This document shows positions 25,166 through 37,695 of a stretch of DNA of 64,000 nucleotides, in pieces; the stretch's first letter is position 1; the number at the start of each line of letters is the position of its first letter. The position numbers and the translations under genes are program-made. The notes below the pieces were generated by a model. The model was not told the DNA's origin. It made no database searches and worked only from the letters and a program-made list of their open reading frames with translations. The DNA is from Hydrolagus affinis (Eukaryota): contig JAAILG010000809.1 in the NCBI GenBank assembly GCA_012026655.1, forward strand, positions 1-64,000, in the 5' to 3' direction.

Positions 25166-25379
25166 TGTTTTGCTCGTATTCAGATGTTTTGCTCATGTCT
25201 TTTTCCAATAAGTGATTGTTACTCATAATGTTATTGTTCTCTGGCTTAGCATCAACAAACATTTTAATCATAAAAAGGCTTAGTATTAGTGATAATTCCA
25301 AATGCTTTGATAATGCATTACAATGGAAAAGGGCCAACCTTTTCTTATCTCGGTGCTCTTCAAGGCAGCTACTCAGGAC

Positions 25380-25600
25380 TGCAATATAGTTTCACAAGCA
25401 GCAGCAGTGTCTCACTGGTTTTCTGACTAAGTGACCATTCCTCAAGTGTGAACCTGAACAATTAATTTCTATAGGCAGATCAGTCTATCACAGTTGGACT
25501 CAGCTCTATTCTCACCCAGTCTGTACATACTCACAAAGCTGGTAGGGGCACTGGATAACATTCAGTAATGAGAATATTAGTCGAGAATATTGCCCCCACA
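25380..25600 (-). mobile_element. AmnSINE2-like SINE fragment
   Basis: ctattctcacccag and ggggcactggataac are reverse complements of family blocks. Confidence 0.5.
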
Positions 25601-25619
25601 TTCTCACCCGCACTAAATT

Positions 25620-26060
25620 CGGCACCCCAATTAACCCTGTCTTTGCCAAACTCAACTGGCTCTTGATCACAGAGCAGATCAACTTCTTCACCTTACTTTA
25701 GTGTTTAAATCCCTCCACACCTTGGCGCTCTACTTTCTCTCCAACCTGTTCTCTCTTCACATCACTCTCTGTTGCGTCTGCCCTATTGGTTTCTGCATTC
25801 TCCTTGTCCCTCGAATCCTCCGCTTCACCATCAGTGGCTGTGCTTTAGCCACTGCACGCCGAAGTTATGGAACTCCCTCCTTAATCCACGCACCTTGCCT
25901 CCTCTTTCCCCATTTTCAGGTTGTGCCTGAAGACGTTCCTTTTTGACTGTGCCTATGGTCACCATCCCCCTCCCACTGGCTCAAGATCAGGAACCAACAT
26001 TGTTAAGCGCTTTGGGATGCCGCCTGGCGTGGAGGGTGCTATATAAATATTATTGTAGTT
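25620..26060 (+). mobile_element. L2 LINE 3' fragment
   Basis: P.F.KLNWL, VFKSLHTLA, RFTISGCA motifs and the L2 tail. Confidence 0.85.
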
Positions 26061-28169
26061 TTTTTCCTCCATCAGTCCCATTGTCACCCTGTTACACTCA
26101 GGAAGGACCTAAGATGAAATTTGGATCTTTCCCAATCTATATAATGAAAACACTAGTTAGAATATGGAAGTACAAAGAAAACTTAAGTTAAACCCTGGAG
26201 TTTGAATTCTTTGATGTTTGCATGAACAAACTGAAGTTAATACACATAACTCCACTTTGTGTTCTTACATTCAAATCCAAGATATCCCGTAGTTGACGAT
26301 GCAACTGAAAACACAAAATCACAGCATGAACAGCAGCCCAATGATACTACTTAGCTGTAATGGTATCCCTTTAATCTGGATATGGGCAGCATATTTACTT
26401 GGCTTAGATTCACCATATTGCTACTCCTTAGTACAGTACCTGGATAAGGGCAACAGTACAGTAGCAGGAACTCACCATATTCAGATTTTCTATTGATAGG
26501 GTAATGGTACCAGTTCAGTGGTATTAACTCACCACACCTATGTTCCTTATTACAAGAATATGGCCAATAAGGTTCAAAAGTCCCTCGCTTTGTGCTTGGA
26601 TCACATACAGAGGGATGAAACCCTGGGTCTGAATATGTTGTAATTCTGCTTTAAAATCAGGATTCAGGCTTTCAGATTCACTCCAGAACATACTTTCAGT
26701 CATTGGCACAACTCATCTCTGTCTAATTGTGTTGGACACCATCTCTTAGTTCACCTATAAAGTCATTAATGAGAGCATTTCAGCTCTAAACTAATTAATT
26801 CTTGTAATGTCCTTTGCAAAGCTATTCTTTTAATTTAGCTAGAATAAAGCACTAGTGTCATCATTAGTGTTTAGACTCAGCCAGACTCTGTCTATTCATT
26901 TGTGCCAGTAATTGCCGGTCATACCCTCCCTAATGGACATTGCAGTCTAGTGCTTACTGTCAGAATAACAGCCATTTCCTGACTCTAACAGCCCCTTTTG
27001 TGTGAAGCTGGGAGAAAGTGTCAGTATTGAAAGAATAAATGATTTTGCTTCAATCAGGCTGTTATAGAAATTTCTGTTTACAGCAGAATTACACAGGCAA
27101 TGACTAAATGGACAGCGCATATCCCCCTCCCCTTCCCCCCACCCCAGGTCTTGCCATAGCCGGGACTAGAAACAATCAACAGCAAGTCAAGCATTCCTTG
27201 CTACTGTGATTACTACAGCTATAAAACTGATTATATGGCCACTGACAATAAGATGCATTCTGAACATCCTGTTAGAGCTTCAATTATTGCACTTATCTGA
27301 TAGCACCTCAACTCCAAACCCCCTATCTTGGGACAAAAAAACAGAAGGGAAGAAAACAAGTTAAATAGCACACCCTATATACTTAACAAGAAGTCAATTC
27401 AGCAGTGAGACCACAATTAAAATGGCCATGGTTCTTCCAACTGAAAAACAGTGATATTGTTGTTCCCATTTAGTTAATCATTTAAATAGTAGTTTTGCCC
27501 TGAATCAGAAAGTACAGCATTGAAATCTGTTTTACAGTTCTGCAGAGAAATAAATACCTCCCTTCTCCAATTACTAACATACCACTCACAACTCAATAAC
27601 TGCAGGAAGTTATTTCTGCAGATGTTACACAATAAAATAGGAGAGCCGTAAGATGCTCATGTGCAATAGGCTTCAAAGGGTTAAACCACACTATCCCTTT
27701 TCCAGTGTTGTTGCCCCGATTGATAGATTTGATAAACTACTAACAAGTGACCTTTGTGTACACCTGCTGCCTTCAAAGCAACAGTGTCAGCATGCAGATT
27801 GCTGTACTCCGCCAAACAAAACCAACTTTGAACCGGTTAAAAACTAAATTGAAATACATTTATTAGAGGAATGAAAACAGGGACATTGCACATATTTTTA
27901 AATAGCTTTAAATACAATCATGTGAAAAGCTGTACCTCTAATATCTTAAAGCTAACAAAAAATACAATTATCATCTTCTGTAATGCTAAAATCTGCAACT
28001 TCCAAACAATTACTGGTAATGTACATTGCCCTCCTTTTCATTTAACTGCTAGGAAATTAGACCAACATACCACATATACAAAAAAAAGTATGAAAGAAAC
28101 TCTTGTTTTAGTGTTGCCAGCTAGGTTTCACCAAGCCCTACATTATCTACTCACAGCTTTAATGACTTC

Positions 28170-28700
28170 CTGCTGAGAACGACTCTGTGAAAGTCTTGGC
28201 AGCAGGACTAAGAATAGCATTAAATGGAAGGTTATCTGGGCATTACACTCGCTGTAACATGCAATTAACTCTCCTCTTCCATTTTCATTACACAATTATT
28301 CATTAATGTCAATTTAATTTTATGCATTGTTCTACATGACCGATGGCTGATTACGGGCCTTTCACTTCAATATCCCAAGTTAACTGGTGCCAGCTTCAGT
28401 CAGTGCTGGCTAATTGCAACTTAGTCCAGACAATTCCTCCCATTTTTGCCCTCCAGTAATGGAACAACAAATCCCTAGCCAGGTAAGGAATTTAACAGCT
28501 ATTTAGTTGAGTTGGAGCTCTAGCACATTAAGGTAACTCTGACCCTTTGCAGTATCTCATCACTAAAAGCATACTTTCCAGCTTCATTCACTTCCAGCCA
28601 GCTATCGTTAACCCTTCTGATTTTATTAGCGGATGGCAGTGAGGAATTAGCAGCACAATGCTTGGAGCACAATACAGTCATGGACGAAACAAATACTTAG
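28170..28700. promoter_or_regulatory. Candidate conserved non-coding element (enhancer-like)
   Basis: No recognised repeat, non-coding, dense TAAT/ATTA motifs, some retained CpG. Conservation is inferred, not seen. Confidence 0.4.
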
Positions 28701-29606
28701 GAATTTTGATGAGGGAAGGGTGGGGTGAATAATAGATAATTAAATCCACTTTTTGGGGCACATTGAAAATAACAGACAATGTCATGTACAGGTCAAAGCC
28801 AAGACAGCAATTCCAGACTCTAGTAAATTTCTTGTAAGCACATGTACAAAGAATGTTTACATTCTCAAAAAAACACTAAATGGTTTCTTATCTAAATGAC
28901 CCAGTCAGAATGACTTTGCAGTACTGAATGGTATATTGTGTGCGCATTTGGAGTAACAGTTTGAAGAACTGATTCAGGCCAACAAACATGATCCACTTAC
29001 TATAATATTAACCAAATATAACAGACTCTTCAATTCCAATGCATTTTCCCCCACCCCCTTTTATATTCAATGGTTTTCACAGAAGTAAATAGCTATGAGA
29101 TTAATGGACTAACAAAATAATGGAGTACAGCCCAAGTCAGAATGAATGATGGAGGAAAAACTTCCAGGGCGCACTGAGGTCACGTTCAACAACCCCACCA
29201 TCCTCCCAGCTGATACCCACTCACTCAGTGCAGATTGGGCAATTAAACCTTGACTGCAGGTTCAGTACTGCATCATCCTGTGCATTTGTCCACTGAGCCA
29301 TTGTACAGGCCTTCAAACCCTTCCTCAACAACAACGAAAACAACAGCTAATATTGAAAAATCATAGCACCCTCCACGTGGGGCAACATCTCAGAGTGCTT
29401 AACACAAATAATATTAATATGTATTTGGTTCCATTTTTGTATGCTGTTTTCTTTAAATTAATTGGTGTCATTGGGCGCTTTCCATTCTTCACTATTTCTC
29501 ACTGTTGCATTTGTGGCCAAACTGTCATTAATGTGTTATCAACATCCCACTGTACTGTTCACCTGCTCTCCCCATTGCTTAGATTACTGCTCACCCAGAG
29601 CCCTGC

Positions 29607-29629
29607 ATATATATATATATATATATATA
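29607..29629. repeat. (TA)n microsatellite
   Basis: Direct observation. Confidence 0.9.
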
Positions 29630-31929
29630 CACAGAGTACAAAGGCTTGATCCAGCATCGAATTCAGGAACTGCACTGCCTTCGTAACCATCAATCAATCT
29701 GAAGATTAATATTTTCAATGGTATGAATTGAATTCATCAGAGCGTTAGGAATATGTTGAAAGTAGACGTTAATTGTAGACCATTGTGTTTCAAATCTAGT
29801 CATGTTGGACACAAATGATAGGAGTGAGATCCATCTTGTAAACTACTAGATGAGATACTCAATAGGCCCTGATATACTTGTAAGCTGCCGTGAGACTTTA
29901 CTTTATCTTTAACGTTAATCAGCTACAGCAGATAGTTTCCTCCCTAATAAGATCATCTCTTCAATCCTTGGTATTGAGGTCATTGTATTCCAGTGACTGG
30001 CTTTACCTTCGTCCCAATCTTGAATTGTCCAATTTTCCCAGCTTGTTATTTACTTCACAAAAAAGCCTCCGACATCTGAATGAATTGGTACTGAGATTTT
30101 GTGACAGAATCCTGATTACATGACAATCCCCAAACCCCGTGGCTCTTGGGTAAAGTCGTCAGATAAAATCAAGTCCATAAGCAATCAAAAAGCTACAAGA
30201 GATACCTGTTCATATTTACCGCACATAAATTCGATAACTGGCACTATGCATTATAGGGCACATGACAAGCCTGTCACAACAAGCCATTTCTCAGGTATGC
30301 CCTCTGCACATCCCTCCTCCTGTAAAGTGACTGGTTCCAAAGACTGAATGGAAAAGCACGGTGGAACCAGGTTTATGAAGTGAGAGGGTTCCAGCATTAT
30401 AAGCTTCAGGGGAGATGTCAGCTTTCACATTGAAGGGCATTTGATGTGAATATAGGGATTATGGAGTTCTGTCCTGGAAATTTGATTAAAAGTTTACACT
30501 GCTTCACCCCACCCCCCTACTCAGCCGTAGGAAGAAAATCATGTGTTTGCTAGATCTACATTCTCTTGTACCTTCACATGGTTATCTTCTATTGCGATTC
30601 TCCTGTCTTTCATCTCTCGGCCTTAATGTAGATTATGTGAACTGTAAAATATTGCCGGAATGGTAATTGTCTGTTAATATTAGACAGTTTTAAAACTGAA
30701 TGTTGCTCTAGATGTTTGAAAGAGAATAACTCACAGAATTAAAATGGTGATCCTAATGTGCGGGAGAAGTCACTGGTGTAACTGAATTAACCCCTTAACT
30801 TGAGGTCCAAACAACAATGGATTTAACAGGAACTGATAGGAACTGAAATAACACGAAAAATACATGCTCACCAAAAAAAAAGCTAATGTGGTGGATTGAC
30901 AAAACAATATGCGCAGATCATTATCTGCGAGTGAGACAAGCAAATATGTTTAGTGACCTTTTTCTTTAGAGAAGTTAATGTCAATGTAACTAAATGTATT
31001 TTAGATTTTTGTCCTATTCCTAGATACTGCATTTTCATGTAAGCAAGGAGATTGATGAGTTTACCAGATTACCATTTGTCTTATATCAGCCTTTTATGCA
31101 CTAATGGAGTTGTGTAACATTTTTGATCAATCAGATTCATACAGTGTATAACATCTAAGCTTCATTTACTGTAAAAGCATAAATTATCAAATGGAACCAA
31201 AGTAAACATCAAAGAGGTGCTCTCAACATGGTTTTGTATCTGCTGAATTTCTAATTCAATCTGTTTGTTAAAAAGGCTTCCATCAGCTGCAGAAGCACTC
31301 TTGAAAAAGGTTTAATGTAATCCAACTGATATCCCTTTGCAAACACGAGCATGGGAAGTTTTTTAGTTTTTTAGTCCATGTACAGAGAGTGGCTCTAGTT
31401 TGACTATCTGCAGAAAACTCTTAAAATGGTTATTACAAGTTAATCCTTTTATTACCAGCAGGTCCATGGAGCATTCCCATCTCTGTAGGCCCAACAATTC
31501 TGTCCGTTTTCAGCTCACACACAGCAGGATTGCAAAACAGTGAGTAACAGTAGAGAACTGCTGAAAACATCAGGATAGTCTTATTGTAGCAATATTTTTC
31601 CCAAGTTCTCATAAATAGCATTTTATGAATTTAAAACATTTTAAACTCTCCACGGGCGTTCCATTCTGTCTTTGTTCCTTTCAATGCTTTATCAGCTTTA
31701 ATTTTTTTTATATGACTTTATGATTTTCCACCCTTTTTCTCAATTGGACAAACTATCACTCCATTTCAGAAGGTGGGATCACTTTCATTGACTGAAAACT
31801 CAGCTCTTAAGGCCAATTGTGCAGGCAATGTAAAGCATGGAATCTCAAAACCGACAATGCTACATTTCAGCTGCATCCTGGCGAGCCCTTGATTCACAAA
31901 TGGTATCAGAATCAGAAAGTGAGCTTCCT

Positions 31930-32130
31930 CTAACAGATAGAAACTGGATGAATGAAAATGTCCACAGCACTCCAATGCTGTTTTTGGGACATTGCTGTGT
32001 GCAACTGGCTACCGTGTTCCATCCACAAAATGCACAGTGAATCCACTTTACGGTATATCCTGTGAAGCTCTTTGAGATGTCTCAACAACATGATAAGACA
32101 CTATATCAAACTCAATGATTAATATCATCA
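31930..32130 (+). mobile_element. SINE 3' half
   Basis: tttgggacattgctgtgtgcaactggctaccgtg core and tail cactatatcaaa. Confidence 0.75.
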
Positions 32131-32759
32131 TGATGGTCTTTAACTTTGCTTATTTATTTAACAAGCTCTGTCTGTAAGAGTAATGTTGGTGGACTGATAG
32201 ACAGCTACAGCACTGGAGGCCAAAACTCTTAACAAGGAGACCTGAATTCAACTCTTAGTTTTGACTGACATTCACATTGCAACTTTCCTTTGGGATTGAG
32301 TCTGCTGGTCTCAGCCATACAATGAGAGCAAAGGGAAGAGAAGCACAATTTTTTTCTGCTTCTGGGTGAATTGAAGCTGTGACTGAGAACTTGATATTAA
32401 CAGAATCTGCCGATCATCATGTGCTGGTTGGATTCAACAGCGGAAGATGAAATGAATGGAAGAGAGCAGACAGAAGGAAATAAATACAGTACAGTATAGT
32501 GAAAAAATACAAACAAAAGTGACAGAGTCACAACAGTAGAGCTGTTGACAGTTTACAGGTAAAAGCTTAAGGCGATAACAATGAAATGGTTAAATGAGCT
32601 TGGGAGACATTATACCCTGATCGCTAAAACTATATGGAAAACCTTATGTTACATATTAATATGCAAGAAAAAGATGCAATTTTTAACAATCCTAATATGA
32701 TAGGACCCGAATTATCTCTAGTGCTGGCTGATCTGTTATGTTTGACTTGTTGTTGTGAC

Positions 32760-33310
32760 TTGGTGACATCATCTGCAGACATGGGGTCAACTTCCCTATG
32801 TATGAGGATGACATCCAGCTTTATCTTTCTGCCTCCAACCTCGATTCCAGAACCACTACTGTCCTGACAGACTGCCTGTCAAACATCAAGTCCTGAATGA
32901 GAGGTAAGTTCCTATAGTTGAATGTCAACAAGACCAAGCCGCTCCTGATTGGCTTGCACCAGCGCCTCCATACCTTAGGCACTAGCAGCGTCAAACTCCA
33001 TGGATGCACATTCTACCTAACCAAACAAAACAGGAACCTAGGTCCCATGTTCAATTCTCAACTGTTATTTCTCCCCCACATCTATGCCATGACCCACACT
33101 GCCTTCCCTCACCTCTGCAACATTGCCCGATTCTACCGCTATCTCTAGCCTGCTTCATGTCCCCCAGCCTACCTGCCCCACTATCAATGGGTGAGCCTTC
33201 AGCTACACTGCTCCAACCTTTGGAATTCCATCCCGCACTGATTATCCAGTTCTTTGGGATGTCTTCCCGACGTGAAAGTCACTGTACAAATCTAATTTTG
33301 TTGTTGTACG
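32760..33310 (+). mobile_element. L2 LINE RT fragment with internal deletions and tail
   Basis: RHGVNFPMYEDDIQLYLS (YADD motif), LNVNKTK, RNLG. Confidence 0.85.
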
Positions 33311-33758
33311 GCTACAATTGAGTGCATTAATTGGGGTATCCATGAGAGTGGACATTGTGGTATTTATTAGAACATACTCAACACTCAAACCAATCAATAT
33401 TAATATAGTCAATGGCAACTTAAACCAGTTTTCATCTTTAACCTAGATTTCCTTTTGGACTATATCTGCCGTTTTACTCAATCAATACAATTTCACACCC
33501 ACTTGACATTCTGCAAATGAAATTCATGTGGAAGCAGATGTAGTTCAACAGAAATTGCAACAAAATCATAAAATAATTATCAGTAATTAACAGATAAACT
33601 CGAACATCCAACAAGACAAGCACTGTACTGCAAGCCAGTGCACAACCACAACCAACTTGTGAAGAGCTAAATACAATCTGGAATCAATTTCTACTTGAGA
33701 AACTGTCCTTACAAGAAGCTCAATCCATAATACCCGTATCTTTAACCTAGAGGATTTT

Positions 33759-34315
33759 GTGGAGTCCCCAAGCTCAGTGGTTAGAGCACTCACCCCACAA
33801 GCAAGAGACCTGGATTCGATTCCTGGCTGGGCAAAATGTTAGGTAAGTTTCTCCACAGGTTTCTGATTACCTATAAGTAAGTCGGAACCTGATTGTTAGT
33901 TGAATGGCAGATCGCTTTTCCAAGGGTAATAATTCCTTTAAAACAAAATAATAATAAATTGGTCACTTCAATCCACAACTGTTTGTGGGACACAAGCGCT
34001 ACGGTTTACCTTCAAAATATAGTCATTTCACTTTACAGTATGTTCTGTGAAGCACTTTGAAATATCTTGAAGATGTGATAATAATAATAATATAATAATC
34101 CTTGCATTTGATACAGCACTTTTCACCTCTTCTAAACGTCTCAAAGCGCTTCACAGAATACACTGTAAAGTTAATTGATTGTATACTTGGGGGCGAAATG
34201 CGGCAGCCAAGTGCGCACAGTAGTGCCTCACAAACAGTCATGGATTGAAATGACCAATTTTTTTTTGATTAAGGCACAATATCAAATGCAAGGAATATTA
34301 TTATCATTATTATCT
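33759..34315 (+). mobile_element. Full-length tRNA-SINE whose tail is split by an antiparallel SINE (34081-34262, -)
   Basis: Head gtggagtcc...gctcagtggttagagcac...ggattcgattcc. The host tail stops at gatgtgata and resumes at aaggcacaatatcaaatgcaagg. Confidence 0.85.
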
Positions 34316-35329
34316 ATGTTATTAAATCTATCACAAAATACAGTACTGTATACTGTAATTTTATAAGAATTAATTTGCATCAAATGGATTAAAAATAGAA
34401 AAGTCTGTTAATTATGGATGGACAAAAAAAAATTCCCAATGATGCAATGTGTCCTGATCCTCAGACCTGCATTTCTGATTGTCCGATGAGATTTGTTTAC
34501 ATTTATCTGTAAGCTCCATTTAGTCTTCTGACAATGTCGAATGACTGACTCACTGTGATGGATAGAGGTACCTGTCTTAATGGCAGCCCAAACTGTGCCC
34601 AGTAGTGCACAATACATTGATAAATTGATAGCGGTTGCTCTATGCTCTGTTGGTAGTGAAAATGGGACTACTAGGACAAACAAATACATGCAATCAGGCT
34701 GCCAATTTAAACATTCTTGCGTAAGTTAAATAAACTCTTAACCTGACAGCTACAATATTGAAGTTTTAAATTAGCTTTTCAATTGAGCTTCAGTATTAGA
34801 TGTATATGCAGTTTGTTGAGGTATTTGAAAAGTTAATTGCAACTGAGGCAAAATTATTTAGCACATAAAATCAGAATGGAACTGCATCGTACTTAAAGAT
34901 ATACAGCCAAAAAGATAGGCATATTACGTGAATTATAGACATAGTGATATCTGAGAGCTTTTGATAGTACTGTACTGTAGCTTTTGTGCTATTTTAACAA
35001 AACAAACAAAATTTCCCCACCCCCAACATGAGGCAGTATTGTTACTGGGAATGTAATGAAATTTTAAACCTCAGGGCTTCATTCATTCAGCTGGGCATTT
35101 GAAGCTGAAAACAGGGCTTTTAAGGTACCATTATTGTTCACATTCCCCTGCCAGCCCTCCTCCTATTTCCCTCTGACCATGATAGCAGCTTCCCCAGCTT
35201 TGCTATCACTTCCTTAGGATCATGTGTCTCATAGCCATGACACCATTCCTGCATTGGCTGCCATTTTGATTCAAAATAAGTGGCCAAAGTTATCATTGCT
35301 CTATACAGTGGAAGTTTTAAAACAACAAC

Positions 35330-36100
35330 AACAATAAAATTACATTTATACAGCAACTTTCACATCAGGAGAACGTCCCAAGAAGCGAGGTGGAGGGACT
35401 GTGGGATGGAGTTCCAGAATGTGGGGGCAGACAGGCTGAAAGCCCAGCCACTGAAGGTAGGGAGGGTCGAGCGGAAGACATGGAGCAGACCAGAGCCCGC
35501 TGAATGGAGGGAGCGGGCAGGTTGGTAGGGAGTCAGCAGGTGGGAGAGGTAGGAAGGGGCAAAGCCGTGAATGACCTTGAAAGTGAGGACGAGGATCCTG
35601 AATTCTATCTTACTGAATTCTATCCTCTGGCGAGGGTGGGGGTGATGGGGTCATGGAGTCTGGTGCGGGAGAGGACACCAGCTGCAGAGTTTTCGATGAT
35701 CTGTAGCTTGTGAATGGAAGAGTTGGGAAGGCCGACAAGGAGGGAGTTTCCGTAGTCAAGCCTAGATGCATGGGTGAGGGTTTCGGCAGCCTGTGGAGTG
35801 AGGCAGTGGTGGAGTATGGCAATGTTGCCCAGGTGCTGGAAGGCAGGGCTGGTCATGATGCGGATGTGGGGGAGAAACGACAGTTCAGATTCAAGCAAGA
35901 CACCCAGGTTCCTGATTGGCTTTGTGAGGTGGAGTGTGCAGCCATGGATGCTGATGCTGCCAGCGCCCGAGGTGTGGAGGCGCTGACACGAGCCAATCAG
36001 AAGGGCCTCGGTCTTGCTGTCATTGAGCTGTAGAAAATTGTCCCTCATCCAGGACTTGATGTCGGACAGGCAGTCTGTCAGGACGCCAGTAATCTTGGTT
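35330..36100 (-). mobile_element. L2 LINE 3' fragment (ORF2 C-terminal region and tail)
   Basis: ORF 35620-36048: NFLQLNDSKTE, RNLGV, SRLDYGNSLLVGLP, LQIIENSAAG, HDPITP. Confidence 0.95.
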
Positions 36101-36299
36101 AAAAGCCGAAAGGTACATTTTACCCAAGGCTAAAAAGAACAATACAATTTCCATTTATAAAGTACCTTTCATGTCAGGAGGATGTCTCAAGAAATGTATA
36201 TAGACAAGAAGGTAGGCAGAATTGAAAGGAATTTGGGGAACAATAAAAGCATTTTTGTATCTCCCTTTTGGCTCATTTAATGCCACACAGCATTTTGGA

Positions 36300-36510
36300 G
36301 GAGAATGCCTATTCCATTAGTCCCGTTTCTGATCGCTGTCCAGTGACTCCTATTGGAAACAATGTGGTTTGGAAGCAATAATATATCCCTCCCCAAACAG
36401 TCCGTTGACACTCACTACTGAGTCTCAGTCAGAACAAAGACCACTTCAGCCAATATTACCCCTGAAGACATGTTACAGTACAAGCCTTATCCAGAGAAAC
36501 AAAGAATGAT
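36300..36510 (+). mobile_element. AmnSINE2-like fragment
   Basis: ctgatcgctgtccagtgactcc, gacactcactactgagtctca, gaccacttc. Confidence 0.55.
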
Positions 36511-37274
36511 TTATTTTTCCTGAAGGCTTGGAAACGGAGTAACAAAAGGGTTAATTAGAGTGCTAACAATTTTCACCTGTTCCACTTTAATAATAGTTAT
36601 GAAGTGCTTTCCGGTTAGCTGGACAATCTGCAGAAATTCTTTGTTCCTCTGCGATCATTAATCACCGACTCCTTGTTTATTTACACCTTTCATCAGCTTT
36701 CTAGTTTTTCCTTTTGCAGGCACTTGCCTCCACTGCACAGCCCTCAAGCTGGAGCAACGGGTAATCAGGCCACAGATTGACACATCTACACTGTTCCATG
36801 GATCAAGAAATGGAGGGGATGTTCTAGGGGTACAATTACTTCAGGAGGTGCCACTGTGCACCTTGGGGAGAACCCCACCTAGTGGTCATGGCGGAGAATT
36901 GAGAAATGTATTGTAAGCGTTGGTGGGTGATTGGAAGATTGATCTTTACTAGGATTTCAAGAGATAATTTAAGAAATCTGGAGCAAGTAAGGCAGATGGA
37001 ATATACATTTCTATTGACTTTACTAATATAGATATCCATTACAAAAGGTAGTTTCTGAGATACCAATTGATTCCGAGCAGACTCAAATCACTGCAAATGG
37101 GTTTTGCTTAATGGGAAATGATCTAAAATAGCTTAATCTTGTCCTGGATTCATGCTATATGAGCTAATGCCTGGGCAGAAACCATAGAAGAGTTTGCATT
37201 CGCAATAGTATTTGTTGCAAGTTAGTTCCAAACTGTGCTGAAAGCAAAATTACTGACACCATTCTAAACTCCGT

Positions 37275-37695
37275 ACCCCCATCCTACCAGGTTCCACTGG
37301 CTCCTTATTGATTTCAAGATCCTCACACTTGTTTTCAAATCCCTTCATGATCTGGCACCTCCTTTCCTCTCTAAACTGCTTACTCTCCAACCCACTAACT
37401 TCTGCCTCTGTTTAAGTAGCTCCGGCCTCTTGCATGTCCCTCTTACGCTCCATTCCACCATCGGTGGTCGACTTCCAACCTCTATGCCCTGAAACTCTGG
37501 AAAACTCTTCCTCTATCCCTCCACCTTGCCCCTTGATTCCCCATCTTTAGGTCGTGCCTGAAGACCTTACTCTTCGATCATGCCTACGGTCATCTCATCC
37601 TCCCCCAGTTTAACATCATGTTCTGCCATTGTCAAGCGAATTGAGACACTACCCTGCAAGAGGGTCACTATATAAATGCAAGTTGCTATTGTTTG
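37275..37695 (+). mobile_element. L2 LINE 3' fragment
   Basis: HWL, DFKILTLVFKSLHDLAP, TIGGR, LKTLLF and tail cactatataaatgcaagttg. Confidence 0.9.

Noticed and set aside
26524-26709. Minus-strand ORF ending at GTG|gtgagt
   Set aside because: Good donor but no usable acceptor downstream of the in-frame TGA.
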